A model generated the notes under the pieces. That model searched no databases, had not been told where the DNA came from, and saw only the letters and a list, made by a program, of their open reading frames with translations. A stretch of 63,803 bases of DNA, counting the filler, from an uncultured Methanosarcinales archaeon (GTDB taxonomy: Archaea > Nanobdellota > Nanobdellia > Woesearchaeales > GW2011-AR9), in assembly GCA_964434885.1 (NCBI GenBank). It is 4 parts of 4 records of this genome, joined end to end, with 100 filler letters (N's around TTAATTAATTAA, not from the genome) between each part and the next. Parts side by side here need not be neighbours in the genome. Positions count along the whole stretch, not along the records: positions 1 to 17,386 come from CAYSWQ010000016.1; 3 more parts are not named here. One strand, given 5' to 3'. The stretch's first letter is position 1. Every line of letters starts with the position of its first letter. The translations under genes were made by a program, and so were the position numbers. Shown piece by piece: positions 1 to 10,492 of this stretch.

Positions 1-448
1 CGCCATTGATCTTATCTCTTTCACTATTGGCAGATTTTAAAGTTAAAGTACCAATTATGTTTCTTAGTGTTGTTCTCGCTAAATTAACAATTTGACGCTG
101 ATATAAATTAACTTGATATTGTGAAGCTTTAACACTTTCTTCATCTGCTTTTACTCTAAAATAAACTTGAGCATCAACTCGCGCATTTAAATTATCATTA
201 GTAATAATTTCTTGTGGTTCAGCATCAACCATTTGTTCAGTAACATTAATTTTGTACATCTTTTCGATGATTGGAATAATCCAATGAAAACCTGGACCGC
301 AGAATTTCTTATATTTACCTAATCTTTCTTTCAATCCTCTTTCAGTTGGTCTAATGATTCTGATTCCTGAAAAGAAAATTATTAAAGCTAAGAAAAGAAC
401 AATCTTTACCCAAGCTGGTAACATAAATATTGTTAATAAAATTCCCAT
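1..448 (-). CDS. SPFH/band 7 (stomatin/prohibitin-like) membrane protein, 3' end beyond the window edge
   Basis: Not in the ORF track. Manual translation from ATG at 448: MGILLTIFMLPAWVKIVLFLALIIFFSGIRIIRPTERGLKERLGKY...PGFHWIIPIIE...QEIITNDNLNARVDAQVYFRV...LARTTLRNIIG, the typical SPFH N-terminus. Confidence 0.9.
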   Translation of the reverse strand, partial: MGILLTIFMLPAWVKIVLFLALIIFFSGIRIIRPTERGLKERLGKYKKFCGPGFHWIIPIIEKMYKINVTEQMVDAEPQEIITNDNLNARVDAQVYFRVKADEESVKASQYQVNLYQRQIVNLARTTLRNIIGTLTLKSANSERDKING

Positions 449-531
449 ACCTTATTTGTGAAGAAGTTGTTTATATTGTTTTTGGTTTATGGTTCTATTT
501 GTTTTTTAATTAGAAATATTTTTAACGAACT

Positions 532-1125
532 ATGAAAATAATTGAAGTTTTAGTTATATCAATATTATTATTTTATCTAGCTGGATGTGCAAATGAAAGA
601 ATATACTTGGTTCAAGAATCAGGTGGTTATAGTGGGACTGGTAGCAGTAATTCTTATGTTAATACTTATACAATACAAAATGGTAAAATCCTAAAGAGTG
701 AAATCAAAGAACAAAATAGTTATCCAGCACCAAGATCGACAAAGGATTGTGTCAGCCAGTTTAACCCCCAACACAGTGATCCAAGTAAAAGATGCTGGGA
801 AAAATGTAGATATTATGGTACAAAACAAGTAGGTAGTGAATTTATTAAATTTGATGACACAGAAACAAATAGTAGTTGTGTGAAAGGGGAATTTAATTGG
901 AACGCTAAAGAGAAATATATTCACGAAATATTTGATGGGTACATGGTGCACAGACATTCTTTGTATCATTACTGGTCTAATCAATCTGTTGGTGTTTATA
1001 AGAACAAAAAAGGTTGTACCAAAGATGTTTGTTACAAAAATGGAAAATTAGTGTTGTTCGATATGCCTGGGAAAGGATATTATAAATGGGAAGTTAAAAC
1101 TGCTGGGCTAGGTTTATTTGGATAA
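532..1125 (+). CDS. Hypothetical lipoprotein-like secreted protein
   Basis: Hydrophobic N-terminus ending LAGC (lipobox-like); several Cys. Confidence 0.65.
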   Translation: MKIIEVLVISILLFYLAGCANERIYLVQESGGYSGTGSSNSYVNTYTIQNGKILKSEIKEQNSYPAPRSTKDCVSQFNPQHSDPSKRCWEKCRYYGTKQVGSEFIKFDDTETNSSCVKGEFNWNAKEKYIHEIFDGYMVHRHSLYHYWSNQSVGVYKNKKGCTKDVCYKNGKLVLFDMPGKGYYKWEVKTAGLGLFG

Positions 1126-1136
1126 ACTCTTTATTC

Positions 1137-1169
1137 CATTACCTTTAAAAACGAATTAAGGAAAGCAAA
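1137..1169 (+). repeat. Orphan copy of the GT4 promoter region (direct repeat of 13150-13182)
   Basis: CATTACCTTTAAAAACGAATTAAGGAAAGCAAA vs CATTACCTTTAAAAACAAATTATCTAAAGCAAA, 29/33 identical. Confidence 0.65.
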
Positions 1170-1206
1170 CTTGTTGTTTCCAATATTAAAACCATGGTTT
1201 TTTTGT

Positions 1207-2892
1207 TCAGACTTTCTGTTTACACTCAAATATATAAACAAAAGTTCTTCCCTTGGATTTAAATTCATTTTTCAAATGGCAACCTTTTGTCCATTTCCAC
1301 AACTCACTGTCTCGAGGAATTGGGGTATGATCTAAAAGAAACAGGGTACCTCCTCTTTGTGCGCTCAATTTCTTGATTTTTTCCATATACTCCCCATAGA
1401 CTCCAGTATAATAATATTTCTCGTTTTTCCCTTTTAGATCCAAAAGATAATACCTATCTAAATAAAACAAGATTCCAATATTATTAACGTAAAATGGTTT
1501 GACAAATTCCCCCTTATTCTTTTCATAATAGTTTACAAAATCATGGATGGCCTCTCCTGGATCTGGATGGTTTACATGAAACAAGTATTCCTGAACAACA
1601 ACAACATTAAAAGCAAATGAAAACCCAATCAAGATAGTTAAAATATATTTTCTAGTTTTTATATTTTTGAAAACAAAAAACAAGATAATTATGATAAATG
1701 AAATGATATAGGCAACCATTATAGATTTAAAAGAAAGGAAAAATAATGGTCCGGCACTGCCAGTATAAGAAAATAAAAAATCCCAATTGAAACTTAGTAA
1801 TCTTGACAAGTAAACATCCATTAACCTTGGAACATATTCCAAAACCCCTTTGTTCAGCCAATTAAACAACATATAAGACAAAACAAAAACCAAACCCCCC
1901 ACTAACCAATAATCGGTTTTCCATTTTATTCTACTCAAAAAATAACCCCCAACTAAAGACATAGGAACAATTAAATTAATAAAGTATACACTGAAATCTC
2001 CCAATATAGGTATAACGACAATATAAAATAGGAAAACGGTGAAAAACCAAACTAAAGGAAGTTTATTGCCTTTTTCTTTATACCCTTCTATTACGCCAAT
2101 AGTAAATAAGCTTACCAGAAAAGGGGTTGACCAAAACAAAAACATACCAAAACCCATCAAAGAAAAACCAGGTGTTAGTCTTTTGCCAACATTTCCCACA
2201 ACATTATCAACGATGGGCAAATTAGCCAGATGATTCAGTAAAGGAAAAATACTAAAAATTGCCCCTCCAATTAGTAAAATGGGAAGAAATGTCTTAATTT
2301 TATCAAAAAATAATTTCCAATCTCTTTTCTTAAGGATATCTAAAAACTCATAAATTCCCAATACCACTAGCATCAACATCGCACTTTCTCGCAATAAGAG
2401 GGCAATTCCCCAGATTAGTCCAGTAGCTATTAAGAAGAATTTTTTCCCAGTAGCTTTGTAATGAAAATAAACCATAAAAAAAACTAAATAAAGGAAAGCT
2501 AATACCAATGTACTACCGATCTGAAGTGAACCCAAGATGTGGTAAAATGAAAAACCAACAAGGGTGGTTGAAATTATGGCTGCTTTATCATTATTAAATA
2601 ATTTCTTAGACAAAAAAAAGGTGAGAGTCAAATTTAACATTCCAAAAAAAACCATTAATCCCCTAAACTTCCAAATCTCTTCACCGAATGCAAAAGAAAA
2701 CAATAGATTCGTCCAAGAGATCAAAGGAGGTTTAGTGGTTTGTGGATTCAACCAAAAATCTTGAGGATTATACCTACTCAAAAGATGGTCAACTTCATCA
2801 TCATAAAGTGGGCTATTTAAACCTGCCATCCTAATAGTAAGAAAAGCAAAGAAAAGTAAGAAAAGCAAAACCACAATTTTTTTTTTATTCAT
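1207..2892 (-). CDS. GT-C fold membrane glycosyltransferase (ArnT/PMT_2, GT39/83-like)
   Basis: N-terminal TM helix, LYDDE acidic loop, KPPL motif, many TM helices, soluble C-terminal domain. Confidence 0.8.
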   Translation of the reverse strand: MNKKKIVVLLFLLFFAFLTIRMAGLNSPLYDDEVDHLLSRYNPQDFWLNPQTTKPPLISWTNLLFSFAFGEEIWKFRGLMVFFGMLNLTLTFFLSKKLFNNDKAAIISTTLVGFSFYHILGSLQIGSTLVLAFLYLVFFMVYFHYKATGKKFFLIATGLIWGIALLLRESAMLMLVVLGIYEFLDILKKRDWKLFFDKIKTFLPILLIGGAIFSIFPLLNHLANLPIVDNVVGNVGKRLTPGFSLMGFGMFLFWSTPFLVSLFTIGVIEGYKEKGNKLPLVWFFTVFLFYIVVIPILGDFSVYFINLIVPMSLVGGYFLSRIKWKTDYWLVGGLVFVLSYMLFNWLNKGVLEYVPRLMDVYLSRLLSFNWDFLFSYTGSAGPLFFLSFKSIMVAYIISFIIIILFFVFKNIKTRKYILTILIGFSFAFNVVVVQEYLFHVNHPDPGEAIHDFVNYYEKNKGEFVKPFYVNNIGILFYLDRYYLLDLKGKNEKYYYTGVYGEYMEKIKKLSAQRGGTLFLLDHTPIPRDSELWKWTKGCHLKNEFKSKGRTFVYIFECKQKV

Positions 2893-3035
2893 TTTCCATC
2901 TTTATGCTCTTTGTAAAATTAATCCGATCTTTTTTCTCGTAAACAAAACTGGAACTTAATTTTGACTAAGAAGACAAATAATCTATTTATAAATCTTATC
3001 AAACTTAAAGACCAATGATTTGTAGAAAAAATTGA

Positions 3036-3812
3036 TTATTTTTCAAAAACTACCATTATTTCAACACTCTTTTTGGAATTGCAAAATAATTTATAATCCC
3101 ATTTGATGATCAAATCTCTAATTTTAACTAATGTTTTTGGCAATTCATAAAACACAGATTTTTTTATTTTTTCGGCATCCAAGCTCACTTTGTCTTGGTT
3201 TTTAGGATCATTTTTTACAAACCGAGACAATAAACTAGCCAGATAACTGTTTTCAAAAAAGCTAACTAACAAAAAAGGGAAACGCTGTCTTTTGATAACT
3301 TTCAAGCCAATTCTTTTTTCTAACAAATTATAGGTGTAAAGTCTCTCATGACCCCAACCCCAAATACCTATCTTGATTTTTGTGCCCATCCGATTTAAAA
3401 CGTAATTAATTGGGTCGTAGAAAAATGGGAAATTCTTGATAGGAACTGTAACAATTAATTTCCCATTTTTCTTCAGAACTCTAGTTAATTCCTGAATTGC
3501 TAATTGATCACTTTTCAAATGTTCCAAAACCTCAGTACATAATATGCAATCAAAAAAGTTATCTGCAAAAGGTAACTTTTCAATGCTGCCCAAGTGGTAA
3601 GATACATTATCATCCGGATTGAGAATTTTGGCGATTTCAATGTCTCCTTTATTAATATCGATGGAGTGTAGTTGATTTGTTTTTTTCTTCAAATAGATAT
3701 CAAAAAAACCATCCCCACATCCAGCATTTAGTATCCTTTCACATTCTTCAACCTCGTGAGTAACTAAATTCAGTCTAACGAAATAAGTGGGGGCCAATTC
3801 TTTCAATGACAT
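3036..3812 (-). CDS. Class I SAM-dependent methyltransferase
   Basis: ILNAGCGDG motif I, LPFADNFFDCI, EVLEHL, RVLKKNGKL. Confidence 0.9.
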   Translation of the reverse strand: MSLKELAPTYFVRLNLVTHEVEECERILNAGCGDGFFDIYLKKKTNQLHSIDINKGDIEIAKILNPDDNVSYHLGSIEKLPFADNFFDCILCTEVLEHLKSDQLAIQELTRVLKKNGKLIVTVPIKNFPFFYDPINYVLNRMGTKIKIGIWGWGHERLYTYNLLEKRIGLKVIKRQRFPFLLVSFFENSYLASLLSRFVKNDPKNQDKVSLDAEKIKKSVFYELPKTLVKIRDLIIKWDYKLFCNSKKSVEIMVVFEK

Positions 3813-3840
3813 TTTCTATTTGGTATTTTGATAAGAGAGA

Positions 3841-5259
3841 TCATATTTTCAAAATGGTTTTAGCTCCAGCTAAAAGCCTCTTAATATCTTGAATGGAACG
3901 GATGGAAGTTACTTGTTGTAACAAAAACTTAGGTCTGAAATAAAACGAACTGTATGCTTTTTTATGTAATTCAACTAACTCACTTGAAGTCATTCCTTCA
4001 GGTACATAAAGAGGTGAATCCAAAAAATTGAACTCGGGAAACATACGATGCTTCCAGTATTCTTTGGTAAAATTATCTTGTTGACAAGCCCTGGCGTAAT
4101 CTAAGGTTTTAGGTAAAGGTACCATCATTGTAAAGGTAGCAATTTCTGGGTCGAGCTCCTTCGCGAATTTTATCGTATCTAAGATAGTGTTAGGGGTATC
4201 TCCCCATAAACCTACCATAAAATAACCCCTTATTGGAATCTTTGCTTTCTTGGTAACTGTAATTGCTTTTCTAACCAAGTCTTTCGTTATTCCTTTGTTC
4301 ATTTTCTTCAATACTTCATCATTACCAGATTCAATACCATAAGCAATAAAGTTGCAACCATTTGCTTTCATGGTTCTTAATAAGTCTAAATCTACCCGGT
4401 CAACTCGACTAGAACAAGACCAAGTGAGATTGAGGTTTTCCTGTTTGAGAAGGTGGCAAAATTCAATTACTCTTTCTCGAAATAAGGTAAAGGTCTCATC
4501 CCAAATAGATAGCTCTTCAATCCCATATTCTTTAATTAAATATTTAATCTCTGCCATGACTCGATCTAAACTGAAATTCCTGACTTTATGCCCCGTGATA
4601 TCTTTACTGCAGTAACTACATTGATAAGGGCATCCACGACTAGTTAAAATGGCCATGTCTTTTCTGGCACTGCTTTTCCTAGCTTCACTGCTTTTGTAAA
4701 GCTCCCAATTAAACAAGTGTCGGGCCGGGAAAGGTAAAAGATTAATATTTTCAATATTCTTTCTAGGACCATTGAACAGTACTTTTCCCGATTGATCACG
4801 ATAATAAATACCTAAGATTGTACTCATATCTGAGTCTTGATTGTCTAGCTTCTGACAAAGTTCTGCCGTAGTAATTTCTCCTTCCCCTACAACCACATAA
4901 TCAATAAATGGTTTTTCCATTGCTTCCAAAGGTAGAGCAGTGGCATGACAACCACCAAAAACGAGCGGCTTATCTGGAAGTTTTTGTTTCAAAAATTGAG
5001 CAAATTCGTAGGCTCTTAAAACAAAACTAGTAAGAGTGTGAATTCCTAACAAATCATATTCTTCAGCTAACTTGCTGATCTCTTCCCAACTGTCTTTTTC
5101 CACAAATCCGTCCCAAATCTTAACTTCGTGACCTTCCTGCTCTAAATAGGCAGCTAAATAACCCAAACCCAAAGGAGGAATTCTACTGGCAGTTTGTTTG
5201 GCACTGTCAGTAAAAAGTTCTTCTTCTTTCATTGGTGGATTCATCAAAAGGACTTTCAT
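3841..5259 (-). CDS. Cobalamin-binding radical SAM protein
   Basis: N-terminal B12-binding domain (PPLGLGYLAAYL, GGCHAT, GEGE) plus SRGCPYQCSYC CxxxCxxC motif, GIESG. Confidence 0.92.
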   Translation of the reverse strand: MKVLLMNPPMKEEELFTDSAKQTASRIPPLGLGYLAAYLEQEGHEVKIWDGFVEKDSWEEISKLAEEYDLLGIHTLTSFVLRAYEFAQFLKQKLPDKPLVFGGCHATALPLEAMEKPFIDYVVVGEGEITTAELCQKLDNQDSDMSTILGIYYRDQSGKVLFNGPRKNIENINLLPFPARHLFNWELYKSSEARKSSARKDMAILTSRGCPYQCSYCSKDITGHKVRNFSLDRVMAEIKYLIKEYGIEELSIWDETFTLFRERVIEFCHLLKQENLNLTWSCSSRVDRVDLDLLRTMKANGCNFIAYGIESGNDEVLKKMNKGITKDLVRKAITVTKKAKIPIRGYFMVGLWGDTPNTILDTIKFAKELDPEIATFTMMVPLPKTLDYARACQQDNFTKEYWKHRMFPEFNFLDSPLYVPEGMTSSELVELHKKAYSSFYFRPKFLLQQVTSIRSIQDIKRLLAGAKTILKI

Positions 5260-5283
5260 TTTTTGATCTCCGGTTTCATCGTA

Positions 5284-6006
5284 TTATCTAATCTTTCGGA
5301 GTTTGGTTTTAAGATTTAGTAAGTAAGGGATTATGCTTAACTCAGTTCGAAATCTTAAGGCAGATTTTGCTCCCTCACTCCAAATCACAGGTATTTCCTT
5401 GATTTTGTATTTTTTCTTCTGGGCAATTAATAACAATTCCGTATCCCAAGTCATTTTTCTCTTTAATTGATAATCGTAACCAAGATAGCGTAGTAAATCT
5501 ACTATCACATCTTTTCGAAATGCTTTGAAGCCGCACTCATGATCATTAATTTTGGAATTAAAGTATAATTTCACAAAATGTTTGTAACAAAAACTAATTA
5601 ATCTTCGAGATAGTAAGCGTTTGGCAACAGTACCATCTATATGTCGGCTACCAGTAGCAATATCGTATCCAGCCTCAACCATTTGGATCAAAGTTGGAAT
5701 GTTCTTCAAGTCGGTTGCTAAATCAGCATCCATAAACATAACAATATCACCATTTGCTTTTTTGAACGATTCTGCTAGGTTTTCCCTACGGCTCGGTCCG
5801 TTTTCATAACGTAAATGCGTCAAGTTTGGAAAACCTTCAACTACGTTGTTAACTAAATGGGGTGTCTGATCTGTGGAAGAATCATCAACAAAAAAAACTT
5901 CAAAGTCCCAATGCAAATCCCCAATAACATTCATGACTTTTGTTAAGTTTTCTTCAATAATTTTTTCCTCATTATAACCTGGAATAAACAAAGAAACTAA
6001 AGTCAT
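5284..6006 (-). CDS. GT2 glycosyltransferase (polyprenol-phosphate sugar synthase-like)
   Basis: IPGYNEE, VDDSSTD, MDADL DxD motif, GSR, DHECGFKAF. Confidence 0.88.
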   Translation of the reverse strand: MTLVSLFIPGYNEEKIIEENLTKVMNVIGDLHWDFEVFFVDDSSTDQTPHLVNNVVEGFPNLTHLRYENGPSRRENLAESFKKANGDIVMFMDADLATDLKNIPTLIQMVEAGYDIATGSRHIDGTVAKRLLSRRLISFCYKHFVKLYFNSKINDHECGFKAFRKDVIVDLLRYLGYDYQLKRKMTWDTELLLIAQKKKYKIKEIPVIWSEGAKSALRFRTELSIIPYLLNLKTKLRKIR

Positions 6007-6008
6007 TT

Positions 6009-6959
6009 TTAAATTGCCCCTTTAAAATAATCTATAGTTTTACTTAGACCTTCTTCTACTGAAACTAAAGGTGCCCAATTTAATTTTTCATTAGCTAAAC
6101 TAATGTCTGGTCTCCTTCTTGTTGGATCATCTTTTGGTAATTCCTTAAAAATTATTTGGCTAGAACTCCCGGTAGTCGCAAGAATTTTTTTTGCTAATTC
6201 TAACATGCTAATTTCATGGGGGTTGCCCAAATTAACAGGTCCAATAAAATTTTCTTGTTCCATCATTCTAATCATCCCTTCAATCAAATCTGAAACATAT
6301 TGGAAGCTCCTGGTTTGATTTCCACTCCCATATATTGTAATCGGCTCATTTCTTAATGCTTGGGTAATAAAATTAGATACAACCCGACCATCATCAAGAG
6401 CCATCCTAGGTCCATAAGTATTGAAAATTCTTACAATTCGGATATCCACTTTATTCTGTCGATGATAATCCATACATGACGCTTCTGCTACCCTCTTGCC
6501 TTCATCATAACAACTCCTTATCCCAATGGGATTGACATTCCCCCAGTGGTGTTCTTGTTGGGGGTGTTCCAAAGGATCACCATAAACTTCGGATGTTGAA
6601 GCTTGAAGAATTCTTGCTTTTGTTCTTTTAGCAAGACCAAGCATATTCAACATACCAAAAGTATTACATTTGATAGTTTTGATTGGATTATATTGGTAAT
6701 GTACTGGAGAAGCAGGACAAGCAAGATTATATATTTGATCAATTTCAATAAATAAAGGTCGAGTAATATCATGTCGAAGAATCTCAAAATTGGGGTTGTT
6801 TTTTAAATGTTTAATATTGTCTATTGCACCAGTAAAGAAATTATCTACGCAAATAACATGGTTTCCTCTGTTTAATAATTCTCCACATAAATGACTACCT
6901 ATAAAACCAGCCCCCCCTGTTACAAGGACATTCTTCCTACTTTTTTGCATAATCAACAA
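6009..6959 (-). CDS. uxs: UDP-glucuronate decarboxylase (UDP-xylose synthase)
   Basis: [63 protein letters not shown]. Confidence 0.93.
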   Translation of the reverse strand: MLIMQKSRKNVLVTGGAGFIGSHLCGELLNRGNHVICVDNFFTGAIDNIKHLKNNPNFEILRHDITRPLFIEIDQIYNLACPASPVHYQYNPIKTIKCNTFGMLNMLGLAKRTKARILQASTSEVYGDPLEHPQQEHHWGNVNPIGIRSCYDEGKRVAEASCMDYHRQNKVDIRIVRIFNTYGPRMALDDGRVVSNFITQALRNEPITIYGSGNQTRSFQYVSDLIEGMIRMMEQENFIGPVNLGNPHEISMLELAKKILATTGSSSQIIFKELPKDDPTRRRPDISLANEKLNWAPLVSVEEGLSKTIDYFKGAI

Positions 6960-6991
6960 ACCTCCTCACCCTTTTTAAATTTTAAGTAAAA

Positions 6992-8665
6992 TTAACTACT
7001 ATTTTTTTCTTGACTCTTCTTAAATAAGAAAATAACTGGCATTTTCCTTTTACCTTGTTGAGTATTAACTTCTCTTTCAACTACTTTGACTAATTGGAAA
7101 CCTAAACTCTGAAAATAATTTAAACTGTTCTGTGTGATTGGAAAATACCATTTTGGTTGGGTGTACTCCCAAATATCAATTTCTAAATAGACATCGCTTT
7201 TTTGTAATAATTTTTTTAAGTCCTCTTCGAAATACTTTTTTCCTTTTACTGGGTCTTCTGGATCATATCTGCAATCTCTCTTTGAACAATTATTATCTCT
7301 TCCTTGATATCTCAAAGCTCTTAAATACCATAAACTTCCCGTCTTATTAGCTATTGGGTAATCTGGTGGACCCCCATATTCTCTTTCAATAAAAGGTCTT
7401 TGCATTCTTGGAGAACCAACAAAAATAGGCGTTCCATCGGGAACATTTTCTTTTAACCATCTTCCTGCTTCGACATGTCCTGCATAACTATTTGACTTAG
7501 AACTAGTCAAAGAATCACCAATGGTGTAAAAATTCCAACAAACAAAAACTGCAAAAATAAGAACTGCTCCTTTCCCAACATAATTTCTTATTTTTTTCTG
7601 ACCAATAAACAAAATTAAATACTTACTAAATTCTATTAAACCAAATGTAGCCAATATAATTCCCATTGGAAGTAGAGGTAAAATATACCTATCTTCTGGC
7701 ATCCGAACTATCAATTCAAATGCAACCCAATAGAATATAAAAAAAACTAAATTTAGGTAGTACTCTTTTTTTTTATATACAATAATAAATAGTATTCCTA
7801 AAACTATTGGTATTAGTAGGTACCAAGAAAAAATCCAGACAAAATGATTAGTTGCATTTAAGCCAGGGTCATTTAAACCATCCAAACGTATCCATTCATT
7901 CAAATACTTTTTCAAAAAACGACCACCAAAAACCAAACTTCCTAAAACAATAGAAGAAACAGGAACTAACCAAGAAACCAAGATTGCTTTGCTTTTAATT
8001 ATCTCTTTTCTTTTAAAAATGACTAAATAAATTAAAAAAGCTGTAAAGAAAATTATACTTTGTCTCTTTGTTAAAAATAATCCCAAAAATACAAGTGCCG
8101 AACCAAATCCCCAAAATAAATTTTTTTTCTTTTCTAATTTGACTAAGCAATATAATACAATAACAACCATAGCAACTAAAGGCCCATCTGCTAGCAATCT
8201 TACACCATAAAACCAGAACAAATGATGGAAAGCAAGCAAAGCAGCTGCAATTAAACCAGTGAATTTATTTTTTAACTCATAACCAAGAAGATACATAAAA
8301 ATAATACTAGTTATTCCAAATAGAACTGCAGTGATTTTTCCAGCAACTAAAAAATCTCTAGTGAATGTATAAAATAATACCGTCAAAGTTTGAATAGTGG
8401 CATAATCTCCCATTAAATACTCACTAGTGAAAATATAAAATGGATCTTTGGTGGCTTTAATGGTAAACCATAAATGAACTGCTGCATCATTCCAAATACT
8501 TTCTTGACCAATATATTTTAAACGGATTAAAAAAGCTAAAAATAAAACCACTAGAAAAAGAATATTGTATTTATTTTTAAAAAAAGAAATGGTTTTCTCT
8601 TTGAAAGTATTATTCTTAGAACTTCTTTCTTTCTTTTCTTTCACTTCTTTTTCTTCTTCTTCCAA
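6992..8665 (-). CDS. GT-C fold membrane glycosyltransferase (ArnT/PMT_2-like)
   Basis: FLIRL...SIWNDAAVH loop, multiple TM helices, DRYILP motif, AGRWLKENVP C-terminal domain. Confidence 0.8.
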   Translation of the reverse strand: MEEEEKEVKEKKERSSKNNTFKEKTISFFKNKYNILFLVVLFLAFLIRLKYIGQESIWNDAAVHLWFTIKATKDPFYIFTSEYLMGDYATIQTLTVLFYTFTRDFLVAGKITAVLFGITSIIFMYLLGYELKNKFTGLIAAALLAFHHLFWFYGVRLLADGPLVAMVVIVLYCLVKLEKKKNLFWGFGSALVFLGLFLTKRQSIIFFTAFLIYLVIFKRKEIIKSKAILVSWLVPVSSIVLGSLVFGGRFLKKYLNEWIRLDGLNDPGLNATNHFVWIFSWYLLIPIVLGILFIIVYKKKEYYLNLVFFIFYWVAFELIVRMPEDRYILPLLPMGIILATFGLIEFSKYLILFIGQKKIRNYVGKGAVLIFAVFVCWNFYTIGDSLTSSKSNSYAGHVEAGRWLKENVPDGTPIFVGSPRMQRPFIEREYGGPPDYPIANKTGSLWYLRALRYQGRDNNCSKRDCRYDPEDPVKGKKYFEEDLKKLLQKSDVYLEIDIWEYTQPKWYFPITQNSLNYFQSLGFQLVKVVEREVNTQQGKRKMPVIFLFKKSQEKNSS

Positions 8666-8768
8666 TTAAACCACCAAACAATGATTTAATCCCCCATAAT
8701 CTTTATAAACTTTATCAAACTCGAATAAGCAAATACAAAATCTAACATAAGGATAAAAATTAGAAAAA

Positions 8769-9077
8769 ATGAAACCTAAAAAATCAATAAGTGTAATTTT
8801 CAGGTACTGGCTGGTTAAAAAATATCCAAAAGTAGCTATATGGATATGGAACAAACATAAAGGCGAGTGCAGGAATTGTGGTAGTTGTTGTTTTATTGCA
8901 GGGCAAAATTGTCCATATCGTAAAGACTCAAAATGTATGGTTCATATCAACAGACCATTATCTTGTAAAGTAACTCCTTTTCCCTTTGATTTATGGTTTG
9001 ACAAAAGATACAAAGATTGTGGAGTATACTACTTCAAGAAACCAAAAAGAAAAGATCTAAAAGGTGAATTAAAATGA
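8769..9077 (+). CDS. YkgJ/CxxCxxCC family Fe-S cluster protein
   Basis: CRNCGSCC...CPY...CMVH..RPLSC...PF. Confidence 0.75.
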   Translation: MKPKKSISVIFRYWLVKKYPKVAIWIWNKHKGECRNCGSCCFIAGQNCPYRKDSKCMVHINRPLSCKVTPFPFDLWFDKRYKDCGVYYFKKPKRKDLKGELK

Positions 9078-9286
9078 ATGTAGAAATAAAGGAAGAGATT
9101 GTAGAAAAATTGAAAGAAAGGGTTGAAAGAGATGATAAATTTGGAGATGTAGAAGAATATGTAAATTATATCTTAAACCAGATAGTTGAAAGACTAAAAA
9201 GGGAAACCAAGGAAGAACCTGCTTATTCCAAAGAAGATGCAGAAAAAATCAAGGAAAAACTAAAAGACTTGGGTTATTTGGATTAA
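9074..9286 (+). CDS. Small CopG/RHH-like protein with a C-terminal LKDLGYLD motif
   Basis: ATGA overlap with the upstream ORF, AAGGTGA RBS, VEEYVNYIL helix, ends EKIKEKLKDLGYLD. Confidence 0.75.
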   Translation: MNVEIKEEIVEKLKERVERDDKFGDVEEYVNYILNQIVERLKRETKEEPAYSKEDAEKIKEKLKDLGYLD

Positions 9287-9312
9287 AAGTAAAATTGAAA
9301 TTTTGAAGGAAA

Positions 9313-10437
9313 ATGAAGAATGTTATAATGATTCTACTTGATGGAACAAGACCAGATAGGATTAACTTGTCTAAAGAATTATCCTCAATTGTTAAACAAG
9401 GTGTATATTTTCCCAATATGATTACTGCTGCCCCCTACACCATCGCATCTAATCATGCCACCTTATCAGGAATTTATCCAAATAGAAATGGTGTTAATGC
9501 ATATCATTGCATGTTTAAATTTAAAAAAAACCTTTGCAAAACATTACCAGAGTATCTTAAAGAAAAAAATTACCAAACTATAGCAGATGTTGGAAATGAT
9601 TCTGTTATTCCCCATCAAGGATTCAATGAAATCTCAGTTTATGATGTGCATAAAGATGATTTGATCAAAAGGCATAAAAAAATAATCAAAAATATTTCTA
9701 AAAGAAAACCTTTCTTCATATTCTACCATTATGATAAAATAGTTGCTAACCTAATAATCGATGTGGCAAAAAAATACACTGATTTTTCGGAAGAATATTT
9801 TAATAACAAGGAGAAAAATATCCAAAGATACAATCGTTATTTTACAGAGGCAGGAATTTATGCAAAGGCCCTATTAGACTTTCTTAAATCTGAAGAACTT
9901 CTAGAAGATACCATCGTGATCTTTTTTTCAGACCACGGAATTAGTAATGGAGAGAGAAGAGGTGAGAAAATGTATGGTAGTTTTTTATATGACTACACAA
10001 TTAAAGTTTTTTCAATAATATTATCTCAGGAAGAAACTAGTAAAACTGTGATCCATCAAACCAGAACCATAGATCTCATGCCCACTATTTTGGATTTATT
10101 GAATATCCCTTTAGATCATAACTTTGAAAAAGTTCAAGGAGAAAGCTTAATCCCATTAATAAAAAATGAGGAAGAAAAAAGTAGAATTGCTTTTTGTGAA
10201 ACAGGGGGTTTGAAAGGGCCTTGGCCTTCCCCCAATAAACCCAATGTAAAGGCAATTAGAACAGAGAATTGGAAATTAATCTATAATCTTACCCCTAATA
10301 CTAAAGAATTATATAACTTAAAAAATGATCCTTCAGAAAAGAACAATCTTATAGGCAAAGGATTTACTAAAGAGCGAGAATTGTGGGACCTTTTAAAAAA
10401 GGAAGATGAAATAGAATGGATTCCTGAACAGATCTAA
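9313..10437 (+). CDS. Alkaline-phosphatase-superfamily (sulfatase-like) hydrolase/transferase with Thr nucleophile
   Basis: NVIMILLDGTRPD, PYTIASNHATLSG, FFSDHG, IDLMPTILDLL, WKLIY, ELYNLKNDPSE. Confidence 0.85.
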   Translation: MKNVIMILLDGTRPDRINLSKELSSIVKQGVYFPNMITAAPYTIASNHATLSGIYPNRNGVNAYHCMFKFKKNLCKTLPEYLKEKNYQTIADVGNDSVIPHQGFNEISVYDVHKDDLIKRHKKIIKNISKRKPFFIFYHYDKIVANLIIDVAKKYTDFSEEYFNNKEKNIQRYNRYFTEAGIYAKALLDFLKSEELLEDTIVIFFSDHGISNGERRGEKMYGSFLYDYTIKVFSIILSQEETSKTVIHQTRTIDLMPTILDLLNIPLDHNFEKVQGESLIPLIKNEEEKSRIAFCETGGLKGPWPSPNKPNVKAIRTENWKLIYNLTPNTKELYNLKNDPSEKNNLIGKGFTKERELWDLLKKEDEIEWIPEQI

Positions 10438-10492
10438 CTAATAATTAACTTTATAAAGCTAATAAAAAGTAATAAATTAATTGACAAGATAA

